A stretch of DNA of 64,000 bases from positions 1,344,001-1,408,000 of the forward strand of contig CAWJET010000001.1 of assembly GCA_963842085.1 (NCBI GenBank), written 5' to 3'. This document shows positions 8,599 to 19,053 of this stretch, one piece after another. The DNA comes from an uncultured delta proteobacterium. GTDB taxonomy: Bacteria > Desulfobacterota > Binatia > Binatales > Binataceae. Position 1 is the first letter of the stretch; each line of letters starts with the position of its first letter. Below the pieces are notes generated by a model. The model did not search any database. It saw only the letters and a list, made by a program, of their open reading frames with translations, and was not told the origin of the DNA. The position numbers and the translations under genes were made by a program.

Positions 8599-10023
8599 CT
8601 AGTCGCCCTTGGCGGATACGGGAGCCTGCGACTCGCCCTTGGCCAACTGGACCTTGAACGTGTTCCAATGCTTGAGGATGTCGATCGCGCGATCGAGTTG
8701 CACGTCCTTTTCCTCTTTGACCTTGGCGCCCTTCGCGCCGGCTCCCTTGTTGCTCTTCTCGGTCCCGGGTGCGGGAACCGCACTCTCGCCCGGCGCAGGA
8801 TTCTTCTCATCCTTCTTCTGCCCGTTCTGGAAATGATGGGGCAGGTCAGATTCGTGGATTTCGGGGTTCTCGTCAAACTGGGCGCCTTCCTGGGTCAGCG
8901 CCGCGAGCGTTTCCTTGGGCGGTTCGACGTCGACGTCGGGCGTGATGCCGACGGCCTGGATCGAGCGGCCGGTGGGAGTGTAGTAGCGCGCGGTGGTCAG
9001 GCGCAGCGCGGAATGATCGTCGAGCGGCAGGATAGTCTGCACCGAGCCTTTGCCGAAGGTCTGGGTGCCGAGAATCACGGCGCGCTTCTGATCCTGCAGC
9101 GCGCCGGCGACGATTTCACTCGCGCTGGCGCTGCCACCGTTGACCAGCACCACCATCGGATAGTCAACGAAGTCCTTTTTCTTGTGCGAGAAGTATTTCT
9201 GCTGCTGATTCTCCTCGCGTCCCTGGGTGTAGACGATCAGCCCGCCATCGAGGAAATCGTCCGAAACCTTGACGGCCTGGTTCAGCAATCCGCCCGGATT
9301 GTCGCGCAGGTCGAACACCAGTCCCTTGATCTTGCCGTGGTCCTTGGCCTCGATCTCGTCGATCGCCTTCTCGACACCGTCGCCGGTGTTCTCCTGGAAG
9401 GTGGTGACGCGGATGTAGCCGTAGCCGCCGTCGAGCATCTTCGACTTGACCGACTGAATCCTGATGACGTCGCGCGCGAGCGTGACGTTGAACAGCTCAG
9501 GCACACCGTTGCGATGAATCGTCAGCTTGATCTTGCTGCCCTTGGGCCCGCGCATCCGCTTGACGGCGTCGGTGAGCGACATGTCCTTGGTGAAGTCGTC
9601 GTCAATCTTGATGATCTGGTCGCCGGCCTTGATTCCGGCGCGATAGGCCGGGGTGTCCTCGATCGGCGCAACCACGGTGAGCGCACCGTTCTTGATGGTT
9701 ATTTCGATTCCGAGACCGCCGAAACTGCCACGCGTCTCGACCTCGAGGTCGCGATACAGGTCTGGCGTCAGGTAGGCGCTATGCGGGTCGAGCGACGCCA
9801 GCATTCCGCTGATCGCGCCGTCGATCAGCTTTTTAGTCGATACCGGCTCGACGTAGTTTTTCTGCACGATCGCGAGCACGTCCGCGAACGTGTCAAGCTC
9901 CTGGTAGGTGTCGTTCGAGAGCGCCTGCGCGCGCCGCACGGCAACTTCCTGGAGGACGAGGAAACAGGCGACCAGGCTGACCGCCAAGGTGATGGACCAT
10001 CGATGTCGTTTAATCATGGACAT
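8599..10023 (-). CDS. ctpA: S41 C-terminal processing protease
   Basis: LDPHSAY, PDZ domain, DLRDNPGGLL, SASASEIVAGALQD, TFGKGSVQ. Confidence 0.95.
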   Translation of the reverse strand: MSMIKRHRWSITLAVSLVACFLVLQEVAVRRAQALSNDTYQELDTFADVLAIVQKNYVEPVSTKKLIDGAISGMLASLDPHSAYLTPDLYRDLEVETRGSFGGLGIEITIKNGALTVVAPIEDTPAYRAGIKAGDQIIKIDDDFTKDMSLTDAVKRMRGPKGSKIKLTIHRNGVPELFNVTLARDVIRIQSVKSKMLDGGYGYIRVTTFQENTGDGVEKAIDEIEAKDHGKIKGLVFDLRDNPGGLLNQAVKVSDDFLDGGLIVYTQGREENQQQKYFSHKKKDFVDYPMVVLVNGGSASASEIVAGALQDQKRAVILGTQTFGKGSVQTILPLDDHSALRLTTARYYTPTGRSIQAVGITPDVDVEPPKETLAALTQEGAQFDENPEIHESDLPHHFQNGQKKDEKNPAPGESAVPAPGTEKSNKGAGAKGAKVKEEKDVQLDRAIDILKHWNTFKVQLAKGESQAPVSAKGD

Positions 10024-10132
10024 TAATTACTGCCGCTCGGAACCCGTGATTGTGAGTTGTTTATTTAAGCAGATGCCGCGTCCTGATGCATAGGGTTGCG
10101 ACACCGCCTGGTTGCCGTGACGATACCCCTTT

Positions 10133-10717
10133 CTATCCCTGTTTTGAGTCGAGCAATTGCTGCAAGGCATCCTTGACGTCGGGCCGCGACCAGTCAAACG
10201 CGCCCATGTGGTGCGCGACGATCTGGCCCTTGCGGTCGATGATGAAGGTTTCGGGCACGCCGCTCACGTCGTAACTCTCGCCGATCTTGTTCTCGGGGTC
10301 GAGCAATATGGTGAAGCGGTACCCGTTCTTGGCGACGTAGGGCGCCACCGCCGCGCGGCCCCTGGTATCCTGGCTGACCGCGAGCATAACGAAGTCCTTG
10401 TTGCCCTTGAAGTCGTCGTACAGCGTCTGCATCGAGGGCATTTCCTCGCGGCACGGCTCGCACCAGGTCGCCCACACGTTGAGAAATACGACTTTGCCGC
10501 GCAGCGAATCGAGCGAAACAGTGGTCCCGTCCAGCGTCTCGAGCTTGAAATCGGCCGCCTGGCCGCCGGCCGCCACCGGAGCCTCGGACTCGCCGGTAAT
10601 TCCAGGCGCGTTCGATGCAATGCGGGCGCCGCGATGCCCGCTCAGCACGATCAGCGCGAGGCCGGTCATCACGACAATTCCCGCGGCCAGGTAGAGGATT
10701 CTATCCCTGATCTCCAT
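10133..10717 (-). CDS. TlpA/ResA-family thiol-disulfide reductase
   Basis: N-terminal TM, WATWCEPCREE, GVPETFIID. Confidence 0.92.
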   Translation of the reverse strand: MEIRDRILYLAAGIVVMTGLALIVLSGHRGARIASNAPGITGESEAPVAAGGQAADFKLETLDGTTVSLDSLRGKVVFLNVWATWCEPCREEMPSMQTLYDDFKGNKDFVMLAVSQDTRGRAAVAPYVAKNGYRFTILLDPENKIGESYDVSGVPETFIIDRKGQIVAHHMGAFDWSRPDVKDALQQLLDSKQG

Positions 10718-10722
10718 CGCTC

Positions 10723-11592
10723 TCAGGCGCGAGCCGCGCCGACCGCCGGACGTCTTTCTTTTTCGCCGCGGCGCAGATCCTTTTCTGCCTCGCCTTTCTC
10801 CCTGGTGAGAATCAATGCGACTCCCCCGACGATCATCATCGCAAGCGCAATCAGTTGCGCCTCACTGAGCATATAGAACACGCGCGGATTGATTCGCACG
10901 AACTCGACGAGGAAGCGGGCGCCTCCCGCGAGCAGCAGGTACCAGTACATCACACGGCCGGCCGGATGAGACGTCTTGCGCATCGACCACAGTATCGCAA
11001 ACACGCCGAGATACAGAATGGTTTCGTAAATCGGCGCGGGATGCACGCGGACGCCGGGAAAGTAGCCGGAAACGAGCTGGTAATGCTCGTCCAGTTTCAG
11101 CACCGTGTCGGGGCCCCAGCCAACGATCGCCCTGGGATACGCCATCGCCCACGGCAAGGTGGACGGCAGCCCCCAGTCGCCATCGCCGGAAAGCAGGCAT
11201 CCGATTCTGCCGATTGCCTGTCCGACCGCAAGCGCGGGCCCGCACATGTCCATCGTCGCCGCGAACCCGATTCGATACCATCGCGAAACCAGGTAAGCGC
11301 CGAGGAGTCCGCCGATCATTCCGCCATAAAAAACGAAGCCCGAGCCCGAAAAGATCATCGACTTCGGATCGGCTAGGTAGGTGGGCAGGTCGTCCAGGAT
11401 TGCGTAGAGGCGCGAACCGACCAGCCCCATCAGGGCGGCCGCGATCACGATCGACGACGAATATTCGGGATCGTAGCCGCGCCGGATGCATTCGAGGCGG
11501 ATAACGTAGTCGGCCGCCAGGAATCCCAGCGCCATCATCAGCCCGTAGCTGTAAACGGTCAACGGGCCCAGGTGGAACAAGACAGGAATCAT
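10723..11592 (-). CDS. lgt: Prolipoprotein diacylglyceryl transferase
   Basis: YGLMM, FYGG, GRIGC, HPAPIYE, RFLVEFVR. Confidence 0.93.
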   Translation of the reverse strand: MIPVLFHLGPLTVYSYGLMMALGFLAADYVIRLECIRRGYDPEYSSSIVIAAALMGLVGSRLYAILDDLPTYLADPKSMIFSGSGFVFYGGMIGGLLGAYLVSRWYRIGFAATMDMCGPALAVGQAIGRIGCLLSGDGDWGLPSTLPWAMAYPRAIVGWGPDTVLKLDEHYQLVSGYFPGVRVHPAPIYETILYLGVFAILWSMRKTSHPAGRVMYWYLLLAGGARFLVEFVRINPRVFYMLSEAQLIALAMMIVGGVALILTREKGEAEKDLRRGEKERRPAVGAARA

Positions 11593-11686
11593 TATCGCTT
11601 TGAATTATAGTACGCCAGCGCCCGCGCTGACCACAAAGAATTTCACCTTGCGGCGGCCGCCATCCGCCCTATTATATGACGCAACT

Positions 11687-12133
11687 ATGCGCGCAGTTGT
11701 TCAACGCGTGAGCCGCGCGGAGGTGCGCGTCAACGGGCGCGTCGTGGGCAGGATTGCGCGAGGGCTCGTCGTGCTGCTGGGCGTTGCCGGCGGCGACAGC
11801 GAAGCCGACACGGCGCAGCTGGTGGATAGAATCCTCGGGATGCGCATATTCGCCGACACCGCCGGCAAGATGAATCTTGCGTTGGGGCAGGTCGGCGGCG
11901 CGCTGCTGGTCGTGTCGCAATTCACGCTGCTCGCCGACACCAACTCCGGTCGGCGGCCGTCGTTCACCAAAGCCGCCGCGCCCGGCGAAGCGCGCCGCCT
12001 GTACGAGCACTTTCTCTCGCTCGCGCGGACTCGCGATGTTAAAGTCGAAAGCGGTGAGTTCGGCGCCATGATGGAAGTGGAAATCGTCAACGACGGCCCT
12101 GTGACGATCATCCTCGACACCCGTGAGACGTGA
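11687..12133 (+). CDS. dtd: D-aminoacyl-tRNA deacylase
   Basis: MRAVVQRV start, SQFTL, NDGPVT. Confidence 0.96.
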   Translation: MRAVVQRVSRAEVRVNGRVVGRIARGLVVLLGVAGGDSEADTAQLVDRILGMRIFADTAGKMNLALGQVGGALLVVSQFTLLADTNSGRRPSFTKAAAPGEARRLYEHFLSLARTRDVKVESGEFGAMMEVEIVNDGPVTIILDTRET

Positions 12134-12146
12134 AAAGTAAAAGTTA

Positions 12147-12623
12147 ATGCCGCGGGCGGGTTTCTATACCGTCGAATCGGGAAAGATCTCGTTTCGGCGC
12201 GACGGCAACTGGTACAGCGACGACGAGCGCATCGACAACCCGCGCATCTCGCTCCTGTTCAGCCAGAGCATCAAGCGCAATCCCGACGGCAGTTACTATC
12301 TGCAAGTCGCTGAAGAGCGCGCGCCGATCACGGTCGAAGACACGCCCTACGTCGTCAAGGCGCTCGAGGACGACGAGCTGGGGGGATTCGTGATGGTCCT
12401 GAACGACGACACGCGCGAGCCGCTCGATCCAGCCGCGCTCGAAGTCGGCGCGAGCAACGTGCTGTATGCTCGCGTCAAGGGCGGCGACGCGCACGCGCGC
12501 TTCCTGCGCCACGCCTACTACCATCTCAGCGACCTCTTCGAATCCGACGACGCCGGACATTTCTACGTCAATCTGAGGGGCCATCGGTATCCGCTCGCCA
12601 GCTCACCGGCAGCACACAGCTGA
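12147..12623 (+). CDS. DUF1285-like protein
   Basis: RRDGNWY..YYL..ITVEDTPYVV pattern. Confidence 0.7.
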   Translation: MPRAGFYTVESGKISFRRDGNWYSDDERIDNPRISLLFSQSIKRNPDGSYYLQVAEERAPITVEDTPYVVKALEDDELGGFVMVLNDDTREPLDPAALEVGASNVLYARVKGGDAHARFLRHAYYHLSDLFESDDAGHFYVNLRGHRYPLASSPAAHS

Positions 12624-13114
12624 TGCAGCAAGCCGAGCCGAATCTGCACATCGTCCTGGTCCGCCCCGAGATTCCGCAGAACACGGGATCGATCGCGCGG
12701 CTGGCCGCCGCAACCAGGGTCCGGCTGCACCTGGTGGGTCCGCTCGGCTTCTCGCTCGAGGATCGCTATCTCAAGCGCGCCGGGCTGGACTACTGGCCGC
12801 TGGTGGATTTGCGCACTTACGCAGGATGGGAGCAGTTCAGCGCGATGCATCGCGATCCGCCGGCAGCGAGAACAAAATTTTTCTCGACGCATGCCCACGC
12901 AACCTATCTCGACGCGCACTATGCGCGCGGCGATTTTCTTTTCTTCGGCAGCGAGACGTCGGGCCTGGGCCGCGAGTTCATCGCTGAAAGAAGCGACCGC
13001 TCCTATCGGATTCCAATCTTCGAGTCAGGCGTCCGCAGCCTGAATCTCTCCAACGCGGTTTCGATCGTGGTGTATGAAGCGCTGCGCCAGACCGGCGCGC
13101 TCAGTTCTTCCTGA
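12623..13114 (+). CDS. trmL: tRNA (cytidine/uridine-34 2'-O)-methyltransferase
   Basis: PEIPQNTGSIAR, KRAGLDYW, FGSETSGL, RSLNLSN. Confidence 0.95.
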   Translation: MQQAEPNLHIVLVRPEIPQNTGSIARLAAATRVRLHLVGPLGFSLEDRYLKRAGLDYWPLVDLRTYAGWEQFSAMHRDPPAARTKFFSTHAHATYLDAHYARGDFLFFGSETSGLGREFIAERSDRSYRIPIFESGVRSLNLSNAVSIVVYEALRQTGALSSS

Positions 13115-13376
13115 CGGCGCAACTGCCGCAGCCGGTGGTGCAAGCGCCCTTCTCGTTCTCCGCAGGCGGCGGGCCAAAATAATAGCCCGCCTGCTCGAGT
13201 TCGCCGGGCGAGACCCACTTGAGACTCTCGCCGACCGCGGTGTCGCAATGCACGCATACCCGGCGCTCGGCGCCATCGTCGTCGAGCGCGACGTAGGTCA
13301 GCACTTGCTTGCCGCAAAGCGCGCAATCCGCCATCGGAAATGTCGCGGCGCGCGGCGCGGAAGTAACAGTAGCCAT
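13101..13376 (-). CDS. Small Cys-rich hypothetical protein (Zn-ribbon-like)
   Basis: CALC..CVHC..CTTGCGSC; ATG start, fills the gap. Confidence 0.6.
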   Translation of the reverse strand: MATVTSAPRAATFPMADCALCGKQVLTYVALDDDGAERRVCVHCDTAVGESLKWVSPGELEQAGYYFGPPPAENEKGACTTGCGSCAVRKN

Positions 13377-13469
13377 CGCAGACTAACTTACATCATCGCG
13401 CGCATTACTGTCATCCCGAGCGAACCCACGGCGGGTTTCACATTCAATCAAGCGATTTGCCATTCCCCG

Positions 13470-14381
13470 TTACTGGCGCCGATATGGCTCACCCAGCGCG
13501 CTCGGCGCCGCCGCTTGTCCGCCGAGGCCCGCCAGTACCACAATTGTCAGCGCGTACGGCAGCGCGAGAAAAAGCTGGTACGGCACGACGGTGCCGAGTG
13601 CTTGCAGTCCGAATTGCAAGGCCATCGCGGCGCCGAACAGCAATGACGCGGCCGCCAGGCCCCACGAATTCCACCGACCGACGATCACCACCGACAGCGC
13701 GACGAAGCCGCGGCCGGCCGAAATGTTCTCGACGAAAGTGTTGGCGTAGGCGAGTGTCAAAAACGCGCCGGCCAGGCCCGTCAGCGCGCCCGATACAAGC
13801 AGCGCCTGCCATCGGGTCGCGACTACGCCGAGTCCGAGGGCGTCCGCCGCTTCGGGACGTTCGCCGCAAGCGCGAAGCCTAAGCCCGTAGCGCGTGTGCG
13901 CGATCACGTACCAGAGCGCGGGCACGAGCAGGAACGTGAGGTACACCAGCGCGTTGTGATCGAAGAGCACCGGGCCGAGCAGCGGGATTCGCGCCAGCGG
14001 CCCGAGTGGGATCTTCGCAATCGGCGCCACCATGAACGCCTTGCCGGTGATGCCGAACAGCTTGCGATAGAACACTCCGGTGAGTCCGAGCGCCAGGATG
14101 CTGACCGCGGTTCCGGTCACGACCTGGTTGACGGCGAGATTCACCACCAGCACCGCAAAGATCGCATTGATCGCGACGCCCGCCGCGATTGCGCCCGCCA
14201 GGCCGAGCGCGGTGCTGCCGCTGAAGTACGCGATCGTGAGCGCCGCAAATGCGCCCGCCAGCATCGCGCCTTCGATCCCGATATTGACTACGCCGCTTTC
14301 CTCGACCAGCAGCTCGCCCAGCGCGGCCAGCAGGATGGGCGTCGCCATGGCGATCACGGAGACGAGAAACGCTTCAAGCAT
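13470..14381 (-). CDS. ABC transporter permease (nucleoside/sugar type)
   Basis: SGVVNIGIEGAML, GLRLRACGERP, GRGFVAL; start MLEAF overlaps the upstream stop. Confidence 0.92.
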   Translation of the reverse strand: MLEAFLVSVIAMATPILLAALGELLVEESGVVNIGIEGAMLAGAFAALTIAYFSGSTALGLAGAIAAGVAINAIFAVLVVNLAVNQVVTGTAVSILALGLTGVFYRKLFGITGKAFMVAPIAKIPLGPLARIPLLGPVLFDHNALVYLTFLLVPALWYVIAHTRYGLRLRACGERPEAADALGLGVVATRWQALLVSGALTGLAGAFLTLAYANTFVENISAGRGFVALSVVIVGRWNSWGLAAASLLFGAAMALQFGLQALGTVVPYQLFLALPYALTIVVLAGLGGQAAAPSALGEPYRRQ

Positions 14382-15450
14382 CCGGCATCTCCGCCATCGG
14401 CGGCACCGCGGCGGCGTCACCAGACGCGCCGAAAACCTGCCCCCGCAGCCCAGCCCAGGCGGGAGTGTCGAACGCGAGGATGATCAGAATGACGAGGCCC
14501 TGGATGACCTGCACCAGCTCCGGCGAGATACCCTGCGTTCGCTGCATCGCCTGCGAGCCGTTGTCGAGCGCGCCGAACAGGAGCGCCGCGGGAATAATGC
14601 CGAGCGGATTCAGGCGCGCCACCAACGCGACCGCGATTGCCTCGAAACCCCATCCCGGCGAGAGCTTCTCGTACAATCGATGCGAGATTGCGGAGACCTG
14701 CACAGCGCCGCCAAGCCCGGCCAGTGCGCCGGACAGCGCCATCACCCAAACGGTTAGCGCGGGAATTCGGACGCCGAAAAACGTCGCGGCGCGCCGGTTG
14801 CGGCCCATGGCGCGCAACTCGAATCCCGCGCTGGTGTTGAACAGCAGCATGTAGCACGCGGCGGCGAGCACGACTGCGAGCAGCATGCCGAGGTTGAGGC
14901 GGCTCGGCGCAAAGTAGAACTCGAGCTGGGCGGCGGACGCGATCGGCGAGCTGGTCGGATACGCGCGCGACGGTTCCATCAGCGGCCCGTGCACGACCCA
15001 GCTGAGCGCCTGCACGGCGACGAAGTTCAGCATGATCGTGCTGATCACTTCGTTGACGTCGCGCCGCGCGCGGAGCCATCCCGCGACGCCGCCCCATGCC
15101 GCGCCGCCAAGCGCGCCGGCCGCGAGAATGATCGCGACGGCGAGCGAATGCGGGAAATCACCAAGATGCGTACCGATTGCCCCGGCCGCGATCGCGCCAA
15201 TTGTGAGCTGCCCGTCGGCGCCGATATTCCATAGCGCGCCCGAGAACGCCAAGGAGACCGCAAGCCCCGTAAAAACCAGCGGCGTGGATTTCACAATCGT
15301 ATCGACGCAGGCGTACCAGTTGCCGAAGGCGCCTTCGCCAAGCGCCGCGAACACGCCGACTGGTGACGCGCCGAGCGCGGCGAGCGCGATCGAGATAAGC
15401 GCGGCGGCGAGCGCCAGCGCCGCGAATGGTTTCGCAATCGAAGAGAACAT
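14374..15450 (-). CDS. ABC transporter permease (nucleoside/sugar type)
   Basis: WNIGADGQ, NEVISTIMLN, GFELRAMG; start MFSSIAK at 15450. Confidence 0.92.
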   Translation of the reverse strand: MFSSIAKPFAALALAAALISIALAALGASPVGVFAALGEGAFGNWYACVDTIVKSTPLVFTGLAVSLAFSGALWNIGADGQLTIGAIAAGAIGTHLGDFPHSLAVAIILAAGALGGAAWGGVAGWLRARRDVNEVISTIMLNFVAVQALSWVVHGPLMEPSRAYPTSSPIASAAQLEFYFAPSRLNLGMLLAVVLAAACYMLLFNTSAGFELRAMGRNRRAATFFGVRIPALTVWVMALSGALAGLGGAVQVSAISHRLYEKLSPGWGFEAIAVALVARLNPLGIIPAALLFGALDNGSQAMQRTQGISPELVQVIQGLVILIILAFDTPAWAGLRGQVFGASGDAAAVPPMAEMPDA

Positions 15451-16931
15451 CAGTCGCGCGCCCCGGCCATCAGCAGGCCCAGCCGCTCGGGATCGCGCTC
15501 GCCGGGACCGGTCTCGCGAATTTTCCCGCGGCTGATAATCAACAACCGCCCGCAGATCGCGAGCAACTCGTCGAGGTCGCTGGAAATCAGGATCACCGCG
15601 CCGCCGCCGGCCGCGAACTCGAGGATCGTGCGATGAACCTCGGCGGTCGCGGCAAGGTCGAGGCCGCGGCAGATATTGTGCGCGACGATTACGCGCGGCC
15701 GCGATGCGAGCGCACGCGCCACCTCGAGGCGCTGGCGATTCCCGCCCGAGAGCGCGCTCGCGATCGTTTCGGGACCGGGCGCGCGAATCCGAAACCGGCT
15801 GATAAGCTCGCGGCAGAGGTCGATCGCGCGCGAAGCGTTCAGCCATCCATGCGACGTCACCTGCTCCCGGAGCGGACGCGCAAGGATCAGGTTTTCCCAG
15901 AGCAGCATCTCCAGGATCAGTCCGTCAAGGTCGCGATTTTGCGGTATCACCGCCATCGCGCCGCCCGGCGATCCGTCGAGCAACGTTATTTTCCCGCTGC
16001 CCGGCCGGCGCGCGCCCGCGAGCAACTCGACCAGTTCGGTCTGGCCGTTGCCGTCAACTCCGGCAATTCCAACGATCTCGCCGGCCGCGACGCGAAACGA
16101 AAGCCGGTCGAGAATCCGGCGCCGGGTATGATCGTCGAGCGTCAGATTTTCGACTTGCAGCACCGGCTCGCCCCGACGCAACTGCATCGCGGCAGCGTCG
16201 GGTTGAACCACGAGTTCGCCAATCATCAGCCCCGCGAGTTTTTCCTCGCTGGTCTCGGCCGGAGTCGTGCGCGCGACCACGCGGCCGTGGCGCAGCACGG
16301 TGATTCGGTCGGCGACCGCAATCGCCTCGGCCAGCTTGTGCGTAATCAGCACGACGATTCGCCCCTCGCCCCGCAGGTTGCGCAGCAAGTCCAGGAACGC
16401 CGCCAGTTCCGAAGGCGCGAGCACGCTGGTCGGTTCGTCGAGAATCAGAACGCGCGGATTGAAGCTGAGCGCGCGCAGCACTTCGAGCCGGACGCGCTCG
16501 GCTACAGAACGATTCTCCACGGTGACGCCCGCCGGCGGCAATTCGAACCCGAGTTTCGCAGCGAGTGCGCGCGCCCGCGCCGCGACATCCGCAAGATCGA
16601 GTGCGTCTGCGCCGCTACCCGTGTCGAAGCCGCCGAGCGCGAGATTTTCCTCCCACGTCATCCGCTCGAACAGCATCGGGCTCTGATGCACCGTCGCAAT
16701 TCCGGCGGCCAGCGCAGCGCGCGGCGAGCCCGCCAGCAGCGGTCGGTCATCGAGCGTGGCCTCGCCACTGTCCGGGACGAGCCAGCCGGCCAGCACGTTC
16801 ATCAAGGTGGTCTTGCCGGCGCCGTTCTCGCCGACCAGCGCGTGGATCTCGCCGGGACGCGCCTCGAAATCGACGCGGTCGAGCGCGAGCGTGCGGCCGA
16901 AGCGCTTGGTTATGGCGTTGGCGCGGAGCAA
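15450..16931 (-). CDS. ABC transporter ATP-binding protein with two NBDs
   Basis: GENGAGKTT, LDEPT, LSGGNRQR, ISSDLDE. Confidence 0.94.
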   Translation of the reverse strand: MLRANAITKRFGRTLALDRVDFEARPGEIHALVGENGAGKTTLMNVLAGWLVPDSGEATLDDRPLLAGSPRAALAAGIATVHQSPMLFERMTWEENLALGGFDTGSGADALDLADVAARARALAAKLGFELPPAGVTVENRSVAERVRLEVLRALSFNPRVLILDEPTSVLAPSELAAFLDLLRNLRGEGRIVVLITHKLAEAIAVADRITVLRHGRVVARTTPAETSEEKLAGLMIGELVVQPDAAAMQLRRGEPVLQVENLTLDDHTRRRILDRLSFRVAAGEIVGIAGVDGNGQTELVELLAGARRPGSGKITLLDGSPGGAMAVIPQNRDLDGLILEMLLWENLILARPLREQVTSHGWLNASRAIDLCRELISRFRIRAPGPETIASALSGGNRQRLEVARALASRPRVIVAHNICRGLDLAATAEVHRTILEFAAGGGAVILISSDLDELLAICGRLLIISRGKIRETGPGERDPERLGLLMAGARD

Positions 16932-18254
16932 CTAGGCGGCGTTCACGCCGTAATGCGTGCGCACGTATTCGAGCGCGGCTTCGCGGGTTTCGAGCGCGCC
17001 GTCGAGCTGATGGTCCTCGACGTCTTTCAAAATTTCCTTGAAGCGCGGCCCCGGCGTGAAGCCCAACTGCTTGAGATCCTCGCCGCCGATCAGACGCGGC
17101 GGACGAATCTCGGCCGCGGTCATCGTCGTCATCGCGCGACGGCAAAAATGCCAGTAGCCCAGGTACGAGCTCGACGCCATCGCGTCCATGAACGCGACTT
17201 CCATCAACTCGTCGAAGCCGTCTTCCGCGAGCATCCGCTTGAGCGTCGCCGGGCGCATCCGCGGCGCCATGCATAGCTTGAGATGGTTCTTCACCAGGTA
17301 CGCAACCCGCTCCTGAACTGCGCGCGAGCGCTTGAGCCGCGCCAGGATTCCCGCCGCCATCACGGCGCCGTCCTCGGTGTGCCCGTAGAACGTAACCTTG
17401 TCGCCGGCGACCGCGCGGCATTGCGGCTTGGCGATATCGTGCAGCAGGATTCCGAACGCGACGGTCTCGCTGCATCCGGCGGGCAGCATCGCGACGCCGA
17501 TCCGGGTGTGCGTGTAGACGTCGCCCTCGGGATGGAAATTCTCAGGCTGCGCGCAGCCGCGCATGCGGACGACTTCGGGCATCAGCAGTTGCATCAGGCC
17601 GCTGTCCATCATCAGGTCCATCGCGCGCGCGGCGGCGCCCTCGGTCATCATCATGACGATTTCTTCGCCGACTCGCTCGGCCGCAATATCCACAATCGTC
17701 GGCGCGGCGCGCTTCATCGCTGCCCAGGTCGCAGGATCGATCGTAAAGTTCAGCCGCGCAGCGAAACGGGCGGCGCGCAGGATGCGCAGACGGTCCTCCT
17801 CGAAGCGGTCGTAGGGATTTCCGATCGCGCGGATAATTCCGGCGCGCAGATCGCGCATCCCGCCAACCAGATCGATCAGGCGGCCGGCGATCGGATCGTA
17901 AAACATCCCGCCGATGGTGAAGTCGCGGCGGATCGCGTCTTCCTCGATCGCGCCGAAGCGCACCGACGAGGGCCGGCGCCCGTCGGTATATTCGGCGTCG
18001 GCGCGAAAGGTCGCGACTTCGAACAGGTCGTCGTCGAGCAGCACGCCGATCACGCCGAACTTCGCGCCAACCGCCACGGTGCGGTCGAACATTCCGAGCA
18101 CGACCGCGGGACGCGCGTCGGTGGCGACGTCGTAGTCCTTGGGCTCGACGCCAAGGATTCGATCGCGCACACATCCGCCGGCGAAAACGGCGCGAAAGCC
18201 GGAATCGACGAGACGGCGAACGATATAAAGCGCCTTTTGCTCTTTGTCGCTCAT
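16932..18254 (-). CDS. cca: tRNA nucleotidyltransferase (CCA-adding)/poly(A) polymerase family with HD domain
   Basis: GGCVRD..DYDVAT, RRDFT, EDRLRILRAARF, HPEGDV..HT, LLHDIAK. Confidence 0.9.
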   Translation of the reverse strand: MSDKEQKALYIVRRLVDSGFRAVFAGGCVRDRILGVEPKDYDVATDARPAVVLGMFDRTVAVGAKFGVIGVLLDDDLFEVATFRADAEYTDGRRPSSVRFGAIEEDAIRRDFTIGGMFYDPIAGRLIDLVGGMRDLRAGIIRAIGNPYDRFEEDRLRILRAARFAARLNFTIDPATWAAMKRAAPTIVDIAAERVGEEIVMMMTEGAAARAMDLMMDSGLMQLLMPEVVRMRGCAQPENFHPEGDVYTHTRIGVAMLPAGCSETVAFGILLHDIAKPQCRAVAGDKVTFYGHTEDGAVMAAGILARLKRSRAVQERVAYLVKNHLKLCMAPRMRPATLKRMLAEDGFDELMEVAFMDAMASSSYLGYWHFCRRAMTTMTAAEIRPPRLIGGEDLKQLGFTPGPRFKEILKDVEDHQLDGALETREAALEYVRTHYGVNAA

Positions 18255-18327
18255 GGCGACTCTCCAACCGCAGATTCTAAGCGGCGCGATTGGCGGGTGC
18301 CATATGGGGCAAAATGCAGGTTAACGC

Positions 18328-18690
18328 CTAAGCGCTGAATGGCAGTTCGAGCGAGATCGATTGATAAGGTACTTCCGGGCGGACACGTCCGCGTTCGCCT
18401 CGATGCAGACGTACGAAGCCATAGTGCTCCATCGTCTTGAGCGTGCGGGACAGGTTGGACGCTTTGCGGCCTGTGCGCTCCGCCAGCTCCTGGAGTGAAG
18501 AGGGATGCGTCGCAGCGATCATGGCCAGCAGCGCACGGTTCTTATTCGAGAGCACCTTGGCAAAGCTCTCAGTCGAGGTGAACCATACCTTCGGCTCGTC
18601 TGCCTTGGGCTTGAGCGCACCACGCGCAATCGCCATTGTGCGGGCTTTCATGTTCTCATAAGAGGCGATTCCGATTTTCAGGGTCTTCAT
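18328..18690 (-). CDS. HTH DNA-binding protein, putative antitoxin
   Basis: WFTSTESFAKVLS..SLQELAERTGRKASNLSRTLKTM; ATGA overlap with the upstream gene. Confidence 0.8.
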   Translation of the reverse strand: MKTLKIGIASYENMKARTMAIARGALKPKADEPKVWFTSTESFAKVLSNKNRALLAMIAATHPSSLQELAERTGRKASNLSRTLKTMEHYGFVRLHRGERGRVRPEVPYQSISLELPFSA

Positions 18691-19052
18691 GGGATCACTC
18701 CTTTCTCGCTGAGCACCGCGTCAACTGTCTTCCAGAAATCAGCGAGCAGGGTCGCCGCGTCCTGGTATTCGTATGGCCGCACCGTTTTGAGCCGATGTCT
18801 GTGGTCGTAAGCCGCCCTGGTCTGTCCGCCGGGCCCGGATTGGCCTTTGATCTGGTGCGCATTGTCAAACCCGACCAGGCGTTCACCGTCCGGCCCATGC
18901 AGCGTCAGCGAGTAATCAAGCCCGTGCGGCTTCGCCTCGGTCGCTTTTACGCGTCGCACGACAAACCGGACCCAATGCCGGGTTTCCGGATCGACGACCA
19001 GCACTTGCCCGTCCAGATCAAGCAGGGCATCCAGGGACGGGTCGCGCTTCAT
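18687..19052 (-). CDS. DUF6516/TumE-like putative toxin
   Basis: PHGLDYSLTLH..RLVGFDNAH..DHRH..YEYQDAATLLADFW. Confidence 0.78.
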   Translation of the reverse strand: MKRDPSLDALLDLDGQVLVVDPETRHWVRFVVRRVKATEAKPHGLDYSLTLHGPDGERLVGFDNAHQIKGQSGPGGQTRAAYDHRHRLKTVRPYEYQDAATLLADFWKTVDAVLSEKGVIP

Positions 19053-19053
19053 T

